A DNA stretch of 64,000 nt from Planctomycetota bacterium. Lineage in GTDB: Bacteria > Planctomycetota > PLA2 > JAEUHO01. Within the stretch, counting starts at the first letter, position 1. Each line of letters begins with the position of its first letter. A program made the position numbers and the translations under genes. The notes beneath the pieces were generated by a model, which saw nothing but the letters and a program-made list of their open reading frames with translations, was not told the DNA's origin and did not search any database. The DNA lies in contig CBDCTJ010000007.1 of the NCBI GenBank assembly GCA_965222115.1, positions 1,760,001 to 1,824,000 on the forward strand, given 5' to 3'. Positions 28,088-38,389 of this stretch are shown one piece after another.

Positions 28088-30349
28088 ATGCCTAGGAAGA
28101 AGGCCGCACTCGAGCGCGACACGCTCGCCTATCACGAACTCCCGCGTCCCGGGAAACTCGAAGTTGTCCCCTCCAAACCGGTCGCCACGCAACGCGATCT
28201 GAGTTTGGCCTACACGCCGGGCGTGGCGATTCCCTGCACCAAGATTCACGAGAATCCGGAGCTGGCCTACAAGTGGACCAATCGTGGCAACCTTGTGGCT
28301 GTCATTACCAATGGCACGGCGGTGTTGGGACTCGGCAATATTGGCGCGCTTGCCGGCAAGCCGGTCATGGAAGGCAAGGGCGTGCTCTTCAAGAAGTTCG
28401 CCGGTATTGACGTGTTCGACATCGAGGTGGACGAGACCGATCCCGAGAAGTTCATCGAACATGTTCGTGCCATAGCCCCAACGTTTGGCGGCATCAATCT
28501 GGAAGACATTAAGGCACCCGAGTGTTTTGAGATCGAACCCCGACTCAAAGAACTGCTCGACATTCCCGTCTTTCATGACGATCAACATGGAACCGCAATC
28601 ATCGCGTCGGCGGCGCTAATTAATGCCGCAGAGATTGCCGGCAAGAAACTCGGCGACCTCTCGGTGGCCGTATCGGGTGCCGGCGCAGCGGGCATTGCAT
28701 GCATCGACATGTTTGTTGAGATGGGGGTGGATCGATCCAAAGTCGTGTTTGCCGATAGCCGCGGCGTGGTCTACAAGGGCCGCAAAGATGGCATGAACGC
28801 GTCCAAAGAAGCGATTGCCGTAGACACAAAGGCGCGCACGTTGGCCGATGCCATGAAGGGTGCCGATGTGTTTCTGGGCGTGTCGGGTCCCGGTGTGGTG
28901 GACCAAGACATGATTCGTTCCATGGCCAAGAATCCCATTGTAATGGCCATGGCCAATCCTGATCCTGAGATTAGCTACACGGATGCCAAGGCCGCTCGTG
29001 ACGACGTACTGATGTGTACCGGTCGGTCCGACTTCCCTAACCAAGTCAACAATGTGCTTTGCTTCCCATTCATGTTTCGTGGCGCGCTCGATGTGCGTGC
29101 CAAGTCCATTAGCAATGCAATGAAGATCGCCTGCGCCAAGGCATTGGCCGAACTCGCTCGTGAAGACGTGCCGGAAAGCGTGAGCGAGGCCTATGGAGGC
29201 GAAAACCTAAAGTTTGGCCCCGAGTACCTGATTCCCAAGCCGTTCGATTACCGTGTCCTGTTGTGGGTCGCGCCCGCGGTCGCCGAAGCTGCATTCGAGG
29301 AAGGCAACGCGCAGATTGCATCTTTTGATCGCGAAGCCTATGTGCGATCGCTGGATCGCTACTTAGGCGGCGCCCGACAAGTAATGGCCGGGGTTGAGGA
29401 TCGCGCCAAACGCGCCCAAGCGCGCATCGCGTTTGCCGAGGGTGAAGAGCAGCGCTCGCAGCGCGCGGCCATTCAGATTGCGGAGCGCGGTATTGGACGT
29501 TCGGTGCTAGTGGGGGATGAAGCGCGCATTCTGCAACGTGCTGAAGAATTCGGACTCTCGCTTGATGGCGTTGAGATTGTTGATCCCCTTGCCGACGATC
29601 GCCGGCCAGAACTTATCCAGCGCTTTCTTGAACTTCGTGGTCGCCGTGGCGTGAACAAGCGCGATGCAGTGTTTCTCACCAAGAGCGCGCGTCGTCACGC
29701 GCTGTTGCTGCTTGATCGCGACGAGTTCGACTGTGTCGTGACCGGAGTCAATCGAAGTTTTCCCAACTCGGTGCGTGAGGTCTTGGAGATTGTTGGGACC
29801 GATACCGATACCCGTGCATCGGCCGTGCACCTGATGGTGCTCAAGGATCGAACACTGTTCCTTGCCGACACATCGCTCCACGTGTCACCCTCTACCCGTG
29901 AGTTGGCCGACATTGCCATCGCCGCCGCCGATACCGCGCGGGCCTTTGACTACAAGCCGCGCGTGGCGATGTTGAGCTTTAGCAACTTTGGTAGCGTAGA
30001 TCACGCCGTGGCACGTCGATCCGAGGATGCTGTGAAGCTCGTGCGCGCGGAGCGTCCCGACATTCTGATCGATGGTGAGATGCACGTGGACGTGGCCATC
30101 GACCGCTCCATCGGCAATAACCTTCACCCGGACAGTCTGATTGACGGCGACGCCAACGTATTGGTGTTCCCCGATCTCACCAGTGGCAACATCGGTTACA
30201 AGCTGGTTGAACACTTGGCGGGCGCCGAGGCTATTGGCCCCATTCTGGTCGGCCTACGCAAGCCGGTTGTGGTTTGTTACCAGGCCGCCAAAGTGCACAC
30301 GTTGGTCAACTTGGCATCCATCGCGGTGGCGCGTAAGGACGTGAAATAG
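28088..30349 (+). CDS. maeB: NADP-dependent malic enzyme with PTA domain
   Basis: '[10 protein letters not shown]', 'KPVMEGK', 'FHDDQHGTA', '[12 protein letters not shown]'; C-terminal PTA-like domain. Confidence 0.97.
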   Translation: MPRKKAALERDTLAYHELPRPGKLEVVPSKPVATQRDLSLAYTPGVAIPCTKIHENPELAYKWTNRGNLVAVITNGTAVLGLGNIGALAGKPVMEGKGVLFKKFAGIDVFDIEVDETDPEKFIEHVRAIAPTFGGINLEDIKAPECFEIEPRLKELLDIPVFHDDQHGTAIIASAALINAAEIAGKKLGDLSVAVSGAGAAGIACIDMFVEMGVDRSKVVFADSRGVVYKGRKDGMNASKEAIAVDTKARTLADAMKGADVFLGVSGPGVVDQDMIRSMAKNPIVMAMANPDPEISYTDAKAARDDVLMCTGRSDFPNQVNNVLCFPFMFRGALDVRAKSISNAMKIACAKALAELAREDVPESVSEAYGGENLKFGPEYLIPKPFDYRVLLWVAPAVAEAAFEEGNAQIASFDREAYVRSLDRYLGGARQVMAGVEDRAKRAQARIAFAEGEEQRSQRAAIQIAERGIGRSVLVGDEARILQRAEEFGLSLDGVEIVDPLADDRRPELIQRFLELRGRRGVNKRDAVFLTKSARRHALLLLDRDEFDCVVTGVNRSFPNSVREVLEIVGTDTDTRASAVHLMVLKDRTLFLADTSLHVSPSTRELADIAIAAADTARAFDYKPRVAMLSFSNFGSVDHAVARRSEDAVKLVRAERPDILIDGEMHVDVAIDRSIGNNLHPDSLIDGDANVLVFPDLTSGNIGYKLVEHLAGAEAIGPILVGLRKPVVVCYQAAKVHTLVNLASIAVARKDVK

Positions 30350-30394
30350 CCCGACGTGCAAAGGCACGACGTGAAGTAACGCGTTCGAGCCGGA

Positions 30395-31444
30395 TTAGTC
30401 AGATTCTGCGCCGATATCCGGTGGAATGCGCCGTAACGCGCGTTGCACGCGTGGCGTGGACGAGATGTCGAGACGTCGCGTGAGTATTGCGTGGGCCGTT
30501 TCGTAACGCTCGGCATCGATGAGCGCCTCGGCCATCATGGTCATGATCAGTGGGTAGGCGTGCGTGCTTTGATCGGGCTCTTCACCGAGTCGAAATGCGG
30601 CGGCGACGACATCGAAGTAGAGATCTGGATCGTCCTTGCGCTGAGGCTCGAATGCGCGCGCGGCGTCGTAGAGCAGCTTGGGGGCGCCGCCGAACGACTT
30701 GGCGTTTCGATGGGCGGCAAGCGTGGCCGACCGCGCCACGTAGCGCGCCCACAAGCGACCGCGCGGGCTTGTGGGTTTATCGAATGCTTGCAGATCATCG
30801 AGCATCCACTGCGCAGCCATCGCGCGCGTGGTGTGATCGACGTCGCCCATCTCCCGTTTGGCGGTGGCGTAGTTGTCGAGTACCGTGGCGTAGGCAGGGA
30901 CTCCATCGGCCGACTTGCTTGACGAGGCTTTTCGCAGGGCCAACGCGGCTTCGATCAATCCGTCGTGAACATGCTTTTCCTTGTAGCCCGTGCGAACGGC
31001 AGTCGTAAACATGGCCGCCGCATCCTTGAAACGACCGGCCTGACGAAGTGCTTCCCCGAGGTAGCTCCGCGTGGCGCCGCTTGACGGATTGTCCTTAAGG
31101 GCCACCTCGAGGGGCGCAATGGCTTCGGCACCCCGCTTGGCGCGAATGTAGGCCCAACCGATGCGTTGTTGAACGACCGGATGACTTGAACGTCCCTTCG
31201 GCAGTTTCTTCAACCAGTCGCCGAATGCACCGTGATCGGCAAAGCCCTTGGGGTGGCCAATCGCTTTCATGGCACGATCCAGAGCCGCGCGAATGTGGTG
31301 CGCTCCCGGCGCTTCGGCAATCTCGATCGCAAGATTGGGAAGATGCGGATCGCGCTTCTTCTTGGCGAAGCTGGGTCCAGCCAGGAAAGCAAGGCCGAGT
31401 ACCAGCACACCGTTCATGAGAACGCACCGATGCAATGACTGCAT
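30395..31444 (-). CDS. Exported TPR-containing protein
   Basis: Signal peptide; TPR 'GWAYIRAK...YLGEALRQAGR'; start overlaps the upstream stop. Confidence 0.75.
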   Translation of the reverse strand: MQSLHRCVLMNGVLVLGLAFLAGPSFAKKKRDPHLPNLAIEIAEAPGAHHIRAALDRAMKAIGHPKGFADHGAFGDWLKKLPKGRSSHPVVQQRIGWAYIRAKRGAEAIAPLEVALKDNPSSGATRSYLGEALRQAGRFKDAAAMFTTAVRTGYKEKHVHDGLIEAALALRKASSSKSADGVPAYATVLDNYATAKREMGDVDHTTRAMAAQWMLDDLQAFDKPTSPRGRLWARYVARSATLAAHRNAKSFGGAPKLLYDAARAFEPQRKDDPDLYFDVVAAAFRLGEEPDQSTHAYPLIMTMMAEALIDAERYETAHAILTRRLDISSTPRVQRALRRIPPDIGAESD

Positions 31445-32958
31445 CACTTGGCACCTCCCGCGCGCAGCGCGTCGCAATACTTCGTTAACGCCGCTCGCCA
31501 CGTGTCTGTGTCGGCGTCGTTCGACACTTCTTTCAATATGCGTTTCAGTTGTCGTTTCGTGTCGGGTCCTTCGATTGGATCGCCGAGCGCGAACGATAGT
31601 TCGTTTGCAACTTCATTTTTGGGTCCCAGCGTCTTTGTGCGTAACAATGCGATCGCTAAGGAACTGCGGAGTGGGTCGTGTGTTGAACCATTGAGCCGTT
31701 TCAGTAGTAGATACTTGTGCTTGATTAGTTGTTCTGGCGTAGATCGGCTTGCGGAGGCAATCACCTCAGGCGTAGAACTCGACGCCAGTGCATCGGCAAG
31801 CGCTTCATCGCTTACCGAGGGGCGTGCGCTAGCGTTTCCAAGTGAACGTCCGATTCGGGATTTCCATAACTCTGATGTTGCCTTGTATGAGGCGGCTTGA
31901 CCCTTCTTCGCCCGTCCGTCGCCAGCCAGCGCCAACGCTTCAAATGCACGCGGACGTTCATCCGCCGGTAGTGCATCGATCGACTTCGTCTCCTTTCCCG
32001 CCCAGATGCTCAGCAGGGCATTGCGAAACGCCTCGTCGTTGGTTCGGGCAATTGCCATTGCGGCTGCCCACGCGCCAAGGGTGCGCTTCGCTGCAAGCAT
32101 CGATGTGACCCAGCCCTTTGTTGCGCTTGGATTGTCATCTGGGTACGGCACAAACTCCGATGCGCTGTGCCAAAGGGCATCGGCATACGCCTCGGGCGTC
32201 TTCGCAAGCGCCGAGACGAGCGCCGCGCGACGATCATCGTTGTCGGTGTCCTCGTACACCGTGATTACGCCCCCTGCCGCGAACGGATCGTCCGAGGTGA
32301 GCCATTGCTCGGCAGCCGCAGTCAGTTCATCGAGCTCGGTACCGCTCAGCTTTTCTACGTTGTCGGAACGAGCGATTGCAGCCCGCGCAATAGCAATGCT
32401 GGGAGCAAGGTTGGCGAGTTGCCGTTCAAACAACTTGGGTCCCACAACGCGTGTGTAGTACTCCTTGCGGTACGCCAATGTGCCATCCGGATTCAAGATG
32501 ATGTGCTGCGGACTGATTTGATCGGGGCCGAAACGTCGCAGGATGTAATTGAGTGCGGCGACGCGACACGCTGTGGTCGTACCGGGATAGCGTTTGCAAC
32601 GACCGTCGGGCCCATCGTGGTCATTGGGATTGCACACAAAGCACACAAAACCACGTGTGGCATCACCCCATGCTTTGGATCGGTAGTGTTGTGTGGCCAG
32701 CATGATGTTGGCGCGCTCATCCTCAAGTGCATTGAGGGCGAAGAGAATGGGGCGACCGCTTCGCGCAGCCAGCGCCATGCCCGCTTCAAAGTCGGACTGC
32801 CAGTGAATACCCGGATTGGGAGTGCGCTTGGGCTTCTGCTTCCCTTCCTCGGCCATCGACAGGGGGACACATACTAACAGTGCGGCGATTCCTACCAACG
32901 GCATCCACCTGTATGGCGCGTATGTGGCTGGCTCGGATCGATTGGTGCGATTGATCAT
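31444..32958 (-). CDS. Exported protein with an N-terminal thioredoxin-like fold (no CxxC) and a helical C-terminus
   Basis: 'IHWQSDFEAGMALAARSGRPILFALN', 'PQHIILNPDG'; several Cys in the domain. Confidence 0.75.
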   Translation of the reverse strand: MINRTNRSEPATYAPYRWMPLVGIAALLVCVPLSMAEEGKQKPKRTPNPGIHWQSDFEAGMALAARSGRPILFALNALEDERANIMLATQHYRSKAWGDATRGFVCFVCNPNDHDGPDGRCKRYPGTTTACRVAALNYILRRFGPDQISPQHIILNPDGTLAYRKEYYTRVVGPKLFERQLANLAPSIAIARAAIARSDNVEKLSGTELDELTAAAEQWLTSDDPFAAGGVITVYEDTDNDDRRAALVSALAKTPEAYADALWHSASEFVPYPDDNPSATKGWVTSMLAAKRTLGAWAAAMAIARTNDEAFRNALLSIWAGKETKSIDALPADERPRAFEALALAGDGRAKKGQAASYKATSELWKSRIGRSLGNASARPSVSDEALADALASSSTPEVIASASRSTPEQLIKHKYLLLKRLNGSTHDPLRSSLAIALLRTKTLGPKNEVANELSFALGDPIEGPDTKRQLKRILKEVSNDADTDTWRAALTKYCDALRAGGAK

Positions 32959-33197
32959 GAGTGTCCTCACGGAGATGACCAACACGATACGAACGACGGC
33001 AGCGCGGTCGCGTTCTCAACCGGGCGCTGCCGTATGTTCATCGTTCGTTACCCGTCAGGTTGCCGCCTAGTTCGTATACGCATGCGTGGCCCGCGCTCCG
33101 ATTCTAGGGAGTGCATCATCGAACGACACGCCATCGAACGACACAAGTCAAGTGAACGACGGGTTGCGCGTGTGCGATGGTTCGGAGGCACCACCGC

Positions 33198-33839
33198 ATG
33201 AATACGCCCCTCGCCCGATTGGTCGGACTGGTATCGTTACCCATGGCGCTCGCGCTTGTATGCACAGCATGCAGTTCGACGACGTCACCCCTCAGCGCGG
33301 ATGCAGAACCCCCTGCGATCGACGCGCGAGCGATTCCTGCAAGTGAGCGTCGCGTCGTTAACGATGCCGTTGTCCGCTCGTCCGCTCCCATTGACATCGC
33401 AGCGCCGGATGCTGACGCTGCGGCGCCCATGACGTTCGCAGGCGATTCACCCGAAGTTCGTTCTGGCGGGGCAGCTCCTCCAGCTGTGCCCTATGCCATG
33501 CCGTTTGAGAACGACTATGCGGATGTCCAGGCCCATGGCGATCACCCAGCGCCGCTCCACGTAGCGCAGCCATCGTCGCCCGTGGTTTCGACCGGACCGA
33601 TTACGCGCGCGTTGCGTTCGCCGCGACGGGTGTCAGGAGCGCGTGCCAAGAAGACCTCCGAGTATCGTGGCGCGTATGTCGAGACCACGCCGCAATCTGC
33701 TCGACGCGTCCCGTCTGCCAAGGCGAATGCCGTCAAGTCTCACGCGAAGCCCGTCGCACCCTTGGGGTCGGCATTCGATTTTGGTTCGAGCGACTGCGCC
33801 GACGGTTCGTGCGCGATTCCTTCTCCCCTCGGTCGATAG
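33198..33839 (+). CDS. Low-complexity lipoprotein with C-terminal CxxGxC
   Basis: RBS GGAGG; lipobox 'CTAC'; Pro/Ala-rich; ends 'DCADGSCAIP'. Confidence 0.65.
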   Translation: MNTPLARLVGLVSLPMALALVCTACSSTTSPLSADAEPPAIDARAIPASERRVVNDAVVRSSAPIDIAAPDADAAAPMTFAGDSPEVRSGGAAPPAVPYAMPFENDYADVQAHGDHPAPLHVAQPSSPVVSTGPITRALRSPRRVSGARAKKTSEYRGAYVETTPQSARRVPSAKANAVKSHAKPVAPLGSAFDFGSSDCADGSCAIPSPLGR

Positions 33840-33869
33840 CTATTCCTGTTTGCGCATAGGAGCGTCCGC

Positions 33870-34964
33870 GTGACGCTCGAAGACCAGCGCCGCATTCATA
33901 ACCTTCGTCGTCGCGTACTGCGGTACTACGACCGGCACGCTCGTACGCTGCCGTGGCGCGGAATCGATGACCCCTACGGCATCTGGGTTTCTGAGGTCAT
34001 GCTCCAGCAAACGCGTGTCGAAACCGCGCTTGTCCGCTGGCCCCAGTTCATGAAGCGCTTCCCCACGCTCCCGTCCTTGGCGCGCGCGCGCGAACAATCG
34101 GTTTTGAAGGCCTGGGAAGGGCTCGGCTACTACCGGCGTGCGCGCATGCTTTGGAAGGCTGCACGCGAAGTGCTTCGCCAAGGCGGGGTGCTTCCCACCG
34201 ATGTGTCTGCGTTGCGGTTGCTGCCCGGCTTTGGTGACTACACCGCGGCAGCGGTGGCGAGCATTGCATTTGACCAACCGATTGCAGCGGTCGATGGAAA
34301 CATCTTACGCGTGCTTTCACGCGTGTCTGCCGAGCTGGGCGCCATCGACAGATCCGCCGCGCGTTCGAGACTCAAACGGCTAGCCGCGTTGTTGTTGGCG
34401 CCCCGTCGGCCCGGAGATTGGAATCAGGCGTTGATGGACTTGGGTGCGACGGTGTGTACACCGCGTTCGCCAGCGTGTGGGGTGTGTCCGATGCGCATCG
34501 ATTGCAAGGCCTACGCCCAAGACGCGGTACTCGATTATCCCCGAAAGACGCGGAAGGGACCGATTCCGCACTACGACATCGCGGCGGGATTGGTGTGGCG
34601 AGGCGAACGCGTGTTGATTGCCAAGCGTCCAGACGAAGGTCTGTTGGGGGGGCTTTGGGAGTTTCCCGGCGGCAAGCGCGAGGCGGGTGAGTCGTTGGAA
34701 AACGCGTGCGTGCGCGAAGTCATGGAAGAAACGGGTCTTCGCGTGATCTGTCGCAAACGAGCGGCTCGCGTTGATCATGCGTATTCGCATTTCAAGATCA
34801 CACTCCACTTGTTTCATTGCTCCGGTGGCCGCGGTAACCCCAAGCCGATTCGGTGTGAGTCTCCGCGTTTTGTTCCCGTAAAGGACCTCGCGCGGTATCC
34901 ATTTCCTCAGGCCAATCGAAAGGCGTTTGCGCGCGTTGAGCGCCTCCGTGCCTATCTTACGTAG
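33870..34964 (+). CDS. mutY: A/G-specific adenine glycosylase with C-terminal Nudix domain
   Basis: 'VSEVMLQQT', 'WEGLGYY', 'VDGNI', FeS 'CTPRSPACGVCPMRIDC', Nudix box. Confidence 0.96.
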   Translation: MTLEDQRRIHNLRRRVLRYYDRHARTLPWRGIDDPYGIWVSEVMLQQTRVETALVRWPQFMKRFPTLPSLARAREQSVLKAWEGLGYYRRARMLWKAAREVLRQGGVLPTDVSALRLLPGFGDYTAAAVASIAFDQPIAAVDGNILRVLSRVSAELGAIDRSAARSRLKRLAALLLAPRRPGDWNQALMDLGATVCTPRSPACGVCPMRIDCKAYAQDAVLDYPRKTRKGPIPHYDIAAGLVWRGERVLIAKRPDEGLLGGLWEFPGGKREAGESLENACVREVMEETGLRVICRKRAARVDHAYSHFKITLHLFHCSGGRGNPKPIRCESPRFVPVKDLARYPFPQANRKAFARVERLRAYLT

Positions 34965-34986
34965 CCGGTCAAGGAGGCTCGGATCC

Positions 34987-35244
34987 ATGCGCAGCTTTCG
35001 GGTCGAATTGTCACGTGACGTGCCGATCACAACTCAACTGGAGCGTGCCCAAGAACGGGCTGGCGAAGCGGGCGTGGAATTCGAAGGCGATGCCGAACGC
35101 GGCACGTTTACGGGCATCGCAACCGGGACGTATCGCGTCGAATCGAACGCGCTTGTGATCGACGTCAGTAAGAAGCCGACATTGGTACCGTGGGCATTGC
35201 TTGAGCGTGAACTGCGTGCAGTATTCGCAAGCAACGGCGCGTAG
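34987..35244 (+). CDS. Small hypothetical protein
   Basis: RBS AAGGAGG before the ATG; 85 aa directly after mutY. Confidence 0.7.
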   Translation: MRSFRVELSRDVPITTQLERAQERAGEAGVEFEGDAERGTFTGIATGTYRVESNALVIDVSKKPTLVPWALLERELRAVFASNGA

Positions 35245-35277
35245 CCGCGGCGTTCTGCGCAGCCTCAATCGATGGGC

Positions 35278-35529
35278 TTACGTGGAACTAGAGCGCTGAG
35301 GTGTTGACTTCGTCCCGGTGCTTTCGGATTCTCGTTCGGCGCGCTCGCGTGCTTCCTTCTCTTCCGCCTCCGTCGCGACGTGATCGGCCAAGATCTCCAC
35401 GACGCGCGCCAACACGGTTGTGGATCGAAATAGATAGCGAAATGTGACGCCCATGCCGCCGCGCCGCAGGTCATCGCGGACCTTCTGCGTGAGGTTGGCG
35501 AGGCGACGAAGTGATTGAGGGCTTGGCAT
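35278..35529 (-). CDS. Small hypothetical protein
   Basis: Helical charged 83-aa ORF convergent with the previous gene. Confidence 0.55.
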   Translation of the reverse strand: MPSPQSLRRLANLTQKVRDDLRRGGMGVTFRYLFRSTTVLARVVEILADHVATEAEEKEARERAERESESTGTKSTPQRSSST

Positions 35530-35915
35530 GGGGGAAGTGTACGGCCAGACCCCCCGATCGACGCGCTCCGAGGGCCAGCAATTCACCTTCGCACCCGTCT
35601 CGGCCGATTTGTCATCAGAGTGTCTCCGCCCAGGGGTCTATTGCTGGTTGAACGATCGTGTGGCGTGTTGGCCGTTCCCGTCCAGGGGGAAAGTGTCACT
35701 CGGAGGTGGAATCGTCGCAGACCGGTACTTGCCGGTTATCGTGGAGCCGACTCCCTGGCGTGATCGGTGCGCGATGTGGAGTGGTGCTCGGCACGGACGT
35801 GGCTCCGGTCGGTGCGTCGGCGCAATCCTTGGTGGGCTGCGCAAGCGGCCTTGGTGGGCTGCGCGAGCGGAGGTGGTCAGTGACGACACGTGCCAACAGC
35901 TTTTTGTCTGTGAAA

Positions 35916-37058
35916 TTGACGAATGAACGCAGTTCCTCCACGAGCGATGTAGGACGCAGGTCCTTTGGCTGGAGGGGGGTATTCGCTGTAGCGCTCGCAT
36001 CTGCATTTGGCGTGTTGTGCACGGCTCCCGACGCCATGGCGAAGGACAAGGACAGCAAGAAGCGCGACGTGAGCGAGGTGCCAGCGGGCGGGGGTGCCGA
36101 CACGACCGGCAAAGAAGCAAGCAAAGACACGGGCAAAGAAGCTGATAGTGGCGCATCCAAGAAGGCGGCGCCCAAGCGCGCCGTGAGTAATTCGCCGCTA
36201 GATCCCTACCGCGACTTTGGGCTTACCGGTGAATACAAGCTCTACATGAACCGCACCTTGCAGGATCGGGCCAAGGTCTATCACTCGCCGATTGCGCGTG
36301 CTTGGCTTGTGCTGGGCACCAACTATCCCGGTGGCAAGGCCCTGTTGCTCGACACAAAGTCCCGCAAGATCTTCACATTGCCCGGCGACAACTTCCTCAA
36401 GGCCCGCAATGTGCTCGACACGCTGGCCGTTCGATCCGATTCGAAACTCGAGGAACTTGGTGCGATGCGATTCCAGGCCAAGAAGGGCACCATGGGTAAG
36501 AGCATGGGCTGGAGTTACGAAGACAAAGACAAGGGTATGTCGTTGCGTATGCGCCCTTCGGGTGACTTCAAAGGCATGGCAGGCGCCGACGGGTTGCTGC
36601 GAGTCGCTCCTCAGTATCGCCGCGACACAGCGTCGTACAAAAAGGTCGTGTACGCCAGCCAAGAAGAAGTGAAGTATTTGGCCGATCTTAAGGCGCTGAT
36701 TGCGAAGCTCAATCCCCGCTCGCTAACGGTTGAGGTCTATTTCGGCACGTGGTGTCCCACATGCAAGCAAGTGATGGGCAAGATCATGTTCCTGGACCGC
36801 GAGTTCCCCGATGTCCGGTTCTCTTACTACGGCTTCTCCAGCATCAAGGAGGAGTACGAGAAGAATCCTCGATGGGTCAAGAACAAGATCATCAAGATGC
36901 CCACCGTCATCGTTCGCAAGAGCGGAAAAGAGATCGGGCGGGCGCACTCCAACCATTGGAATCGTCCCGTCCTAACGATGCTCTCCGAACTTCAAAAGTA
37001 CGAGCGCACGCTCAAGTCAACGGCAAAGTCCACGAAGAAGCCCACGAGCAATCGATAG
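35916..37058 (+). CDS. Exported thioredoxin-domain protein (WCPTC)
   Basis: 'VYFGTWCPTC', cis-Pro 'KMPTVIV'; signal with possible twin Arg 'GRRSFG'. Start uncertain. Confidence 0.85.
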   Translation: MTNERSSSTSDVGRRSFGWRGVFAVALASAFGVLCTAPDAMAKDKDSKKRDVSEVPAGGGADTTGKEASKDTGKEADSGASKKAAPKRAVSNSPLDPYRDFGLTGEYKLYMNRTLQDRAKVYHSPIARAWLVLGTNYPGGKALLLDTKSRKIFTLPGDNFLKARNVLDTLAVRSDSKLEELGAMRFQAKKGTMGKSMGWSYEDKDKGMSLRMRPSGDFKGMAGADGLLRVAPQYRRDTASYKKVVYASQEEVKYLADLKALIAKLNPRSLTVEVYFGTWCPTCKQVMGKIMFLDREFPDVRFSYYGFSSIKEEYEKNPRWVKNKIIKMPTVIVRKSGKEIGRAHSNHWNRPVLTMLSELQKYERTLKSTAKSTKKPTSNR

Positions 37059-37091
37059 GCGACGATTGACGTATGTGGCTCGTGCATGGCG

Positions 37092-38378
37092 TTAGATGCC
37101 TAGGTAGTGCTTCCAGAGCGCGCATTGGTGTCGAAACGTTGTTCGTAGGGCGCCGTGTTCGATCCATTTTCGTGCAGACGTGATCACGGCAGCGTTTGCA
37201 ATGCGGATGCGACCAAAAGGGCGGAGCTGTCTGAGCAACTTGAAGTCTTCCATGGCGCCGGTGAGGGGGAAGCCACCCGCCGATTGAAACGTTTCTTTGT
37301 GCATGAATAGCGCTTGGTCGCCGTAGGGGCGCTTAAGGAGGCGGGAACGAATGTTGGCGCCACTTTCAATCACGCGCAGTCCGCGCCCCGGCGCGTCGAG
37401 TGCGAACCGAAATGCGCCCGTAGATGTGTTGGGGATCGCTAGCGTATTCATGACGTGTTGCACGTAGCCGTGGGGAAGTCGGGAATCGGCGTGGAGAAAT
37501 AAGAGCGTGTTGCTGCGTGCGGCTTCGGCACCCGTGTTCAGCTGAAGGCCGCGTGACGGCTCACACAAGAGTACGCGTGCACCCATAGAGGCAGCGATTT
37601 CGGGGGTGCGATCCGTACTCTTCGCGTCCACGACGATGCGCTCCACACGTTCGTTCGATGCGGTAGACGCGAGCGCGGCAGCAATATGGTCCTGTTCATT
37701 GAGCGTTGGAATGACAATAGACAACTCAGGCGTCGCGTCGTGTGGGGTGCCAAGTAGGTTTGGTAAATCCTCGCCCACATCGATGTCATCGCGTGTTGTG
37801 AGTGTGTGAAGAGATGTATTCAGTGATCGAAGCCGGTTCGATGTGTAGCGAAAGACGTTGCTAGTGCTCCAAGGCGTGCCTTCGAAGAACGGGACCACGC
37901 CGTTTCGCACACCGACCAAGTAGTAACCACCATCGCTTGCGGGACCCAACACTACGTCCGAATCATTGAGTGCATCCAACGTATCGTGGAGGTCACCTTC
38001 CGACAGTGTCGGGCAATCGCTGCCAACGATGACCGTCTTGGTAAAGCCTCGATCCCACGCACGCACCAATACGCGTTGCATTCGCGCACCCAGATCCCCA
38101 TCGCCTTGGTCCGTGCACGTGCGATGGCGCGCCATGTGGCGCAGCATGCCATTCTCCCATGCGCCGGTTACGCAAAGTTCGATGTCAAATGGGCGCTGAT
38201 GGCTTGATCGATCTATCGTTTCGATCGTGCGACGAAGCAATTGGGCGGCAAGTTGTGCGGCTCCGTGGGCACCGAGGCGTGGGTTGAGCCTGGTCTTCGT
38301 GGAGCCGGGCGAAGGTTCGCGGCACATGATCACGACCCGATCGGCGACGCGCGGCGCACGTTGGGACGCGAGACGCAT
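37092..38378 (-). CDS. Fusion of TIGR04282-like (DUF2064/CofC-like) and TIGR04283-like GT2 glycosyltransferases
   Basis: N-half 'KTRL', 'DLGARM', 'GSDCP', 'LGPASDGGYYL', 'DID'; C-half 'SIVIPTLNE', 'LFLHAD', 'PYGDQALF', 'MEDF', 'TSARKW'. Confidence 0.9.
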   Translation of the reverse strand: MRLASQRAPRVADRVVIMCREPSPGSTKTRLNPRLGAHGAAQLAAQLLRRTIETIDRSSHQRPFDIELCVTGAWENGMLRHMARHRTCTDQGDGDLGARMQRVLVRAWDRGFTKTVIVGSDCPTLSEGDLHDTLDALNDSDVVLGPASDGGYYLVGVRNGVVPFFEGTPWSTSNVFRYTSNRLRSLNTSLHTLTTRDDIDVGEDLPNLLGTPHDATPELSIVIPTLNEQDHIAAALASTASNERVERIVVDAKSTDRTPEIAASMGARVLLCEPSRGLQLNTGAEAARSNTLLFLHADSRLPHGYVQHVMNTLAIPNTSTGAFRFALDAPGRGLRVIESGANIRSRLLKRPYGDQALFMHKETFQSAGGFPLTGAMEDFKLLRQLRPFGRIRIANAAVITSARKWIEHGALRTTFRHQCALWKHYLGI

Positions 38379-38389
38379 CGTTCGTTGCC

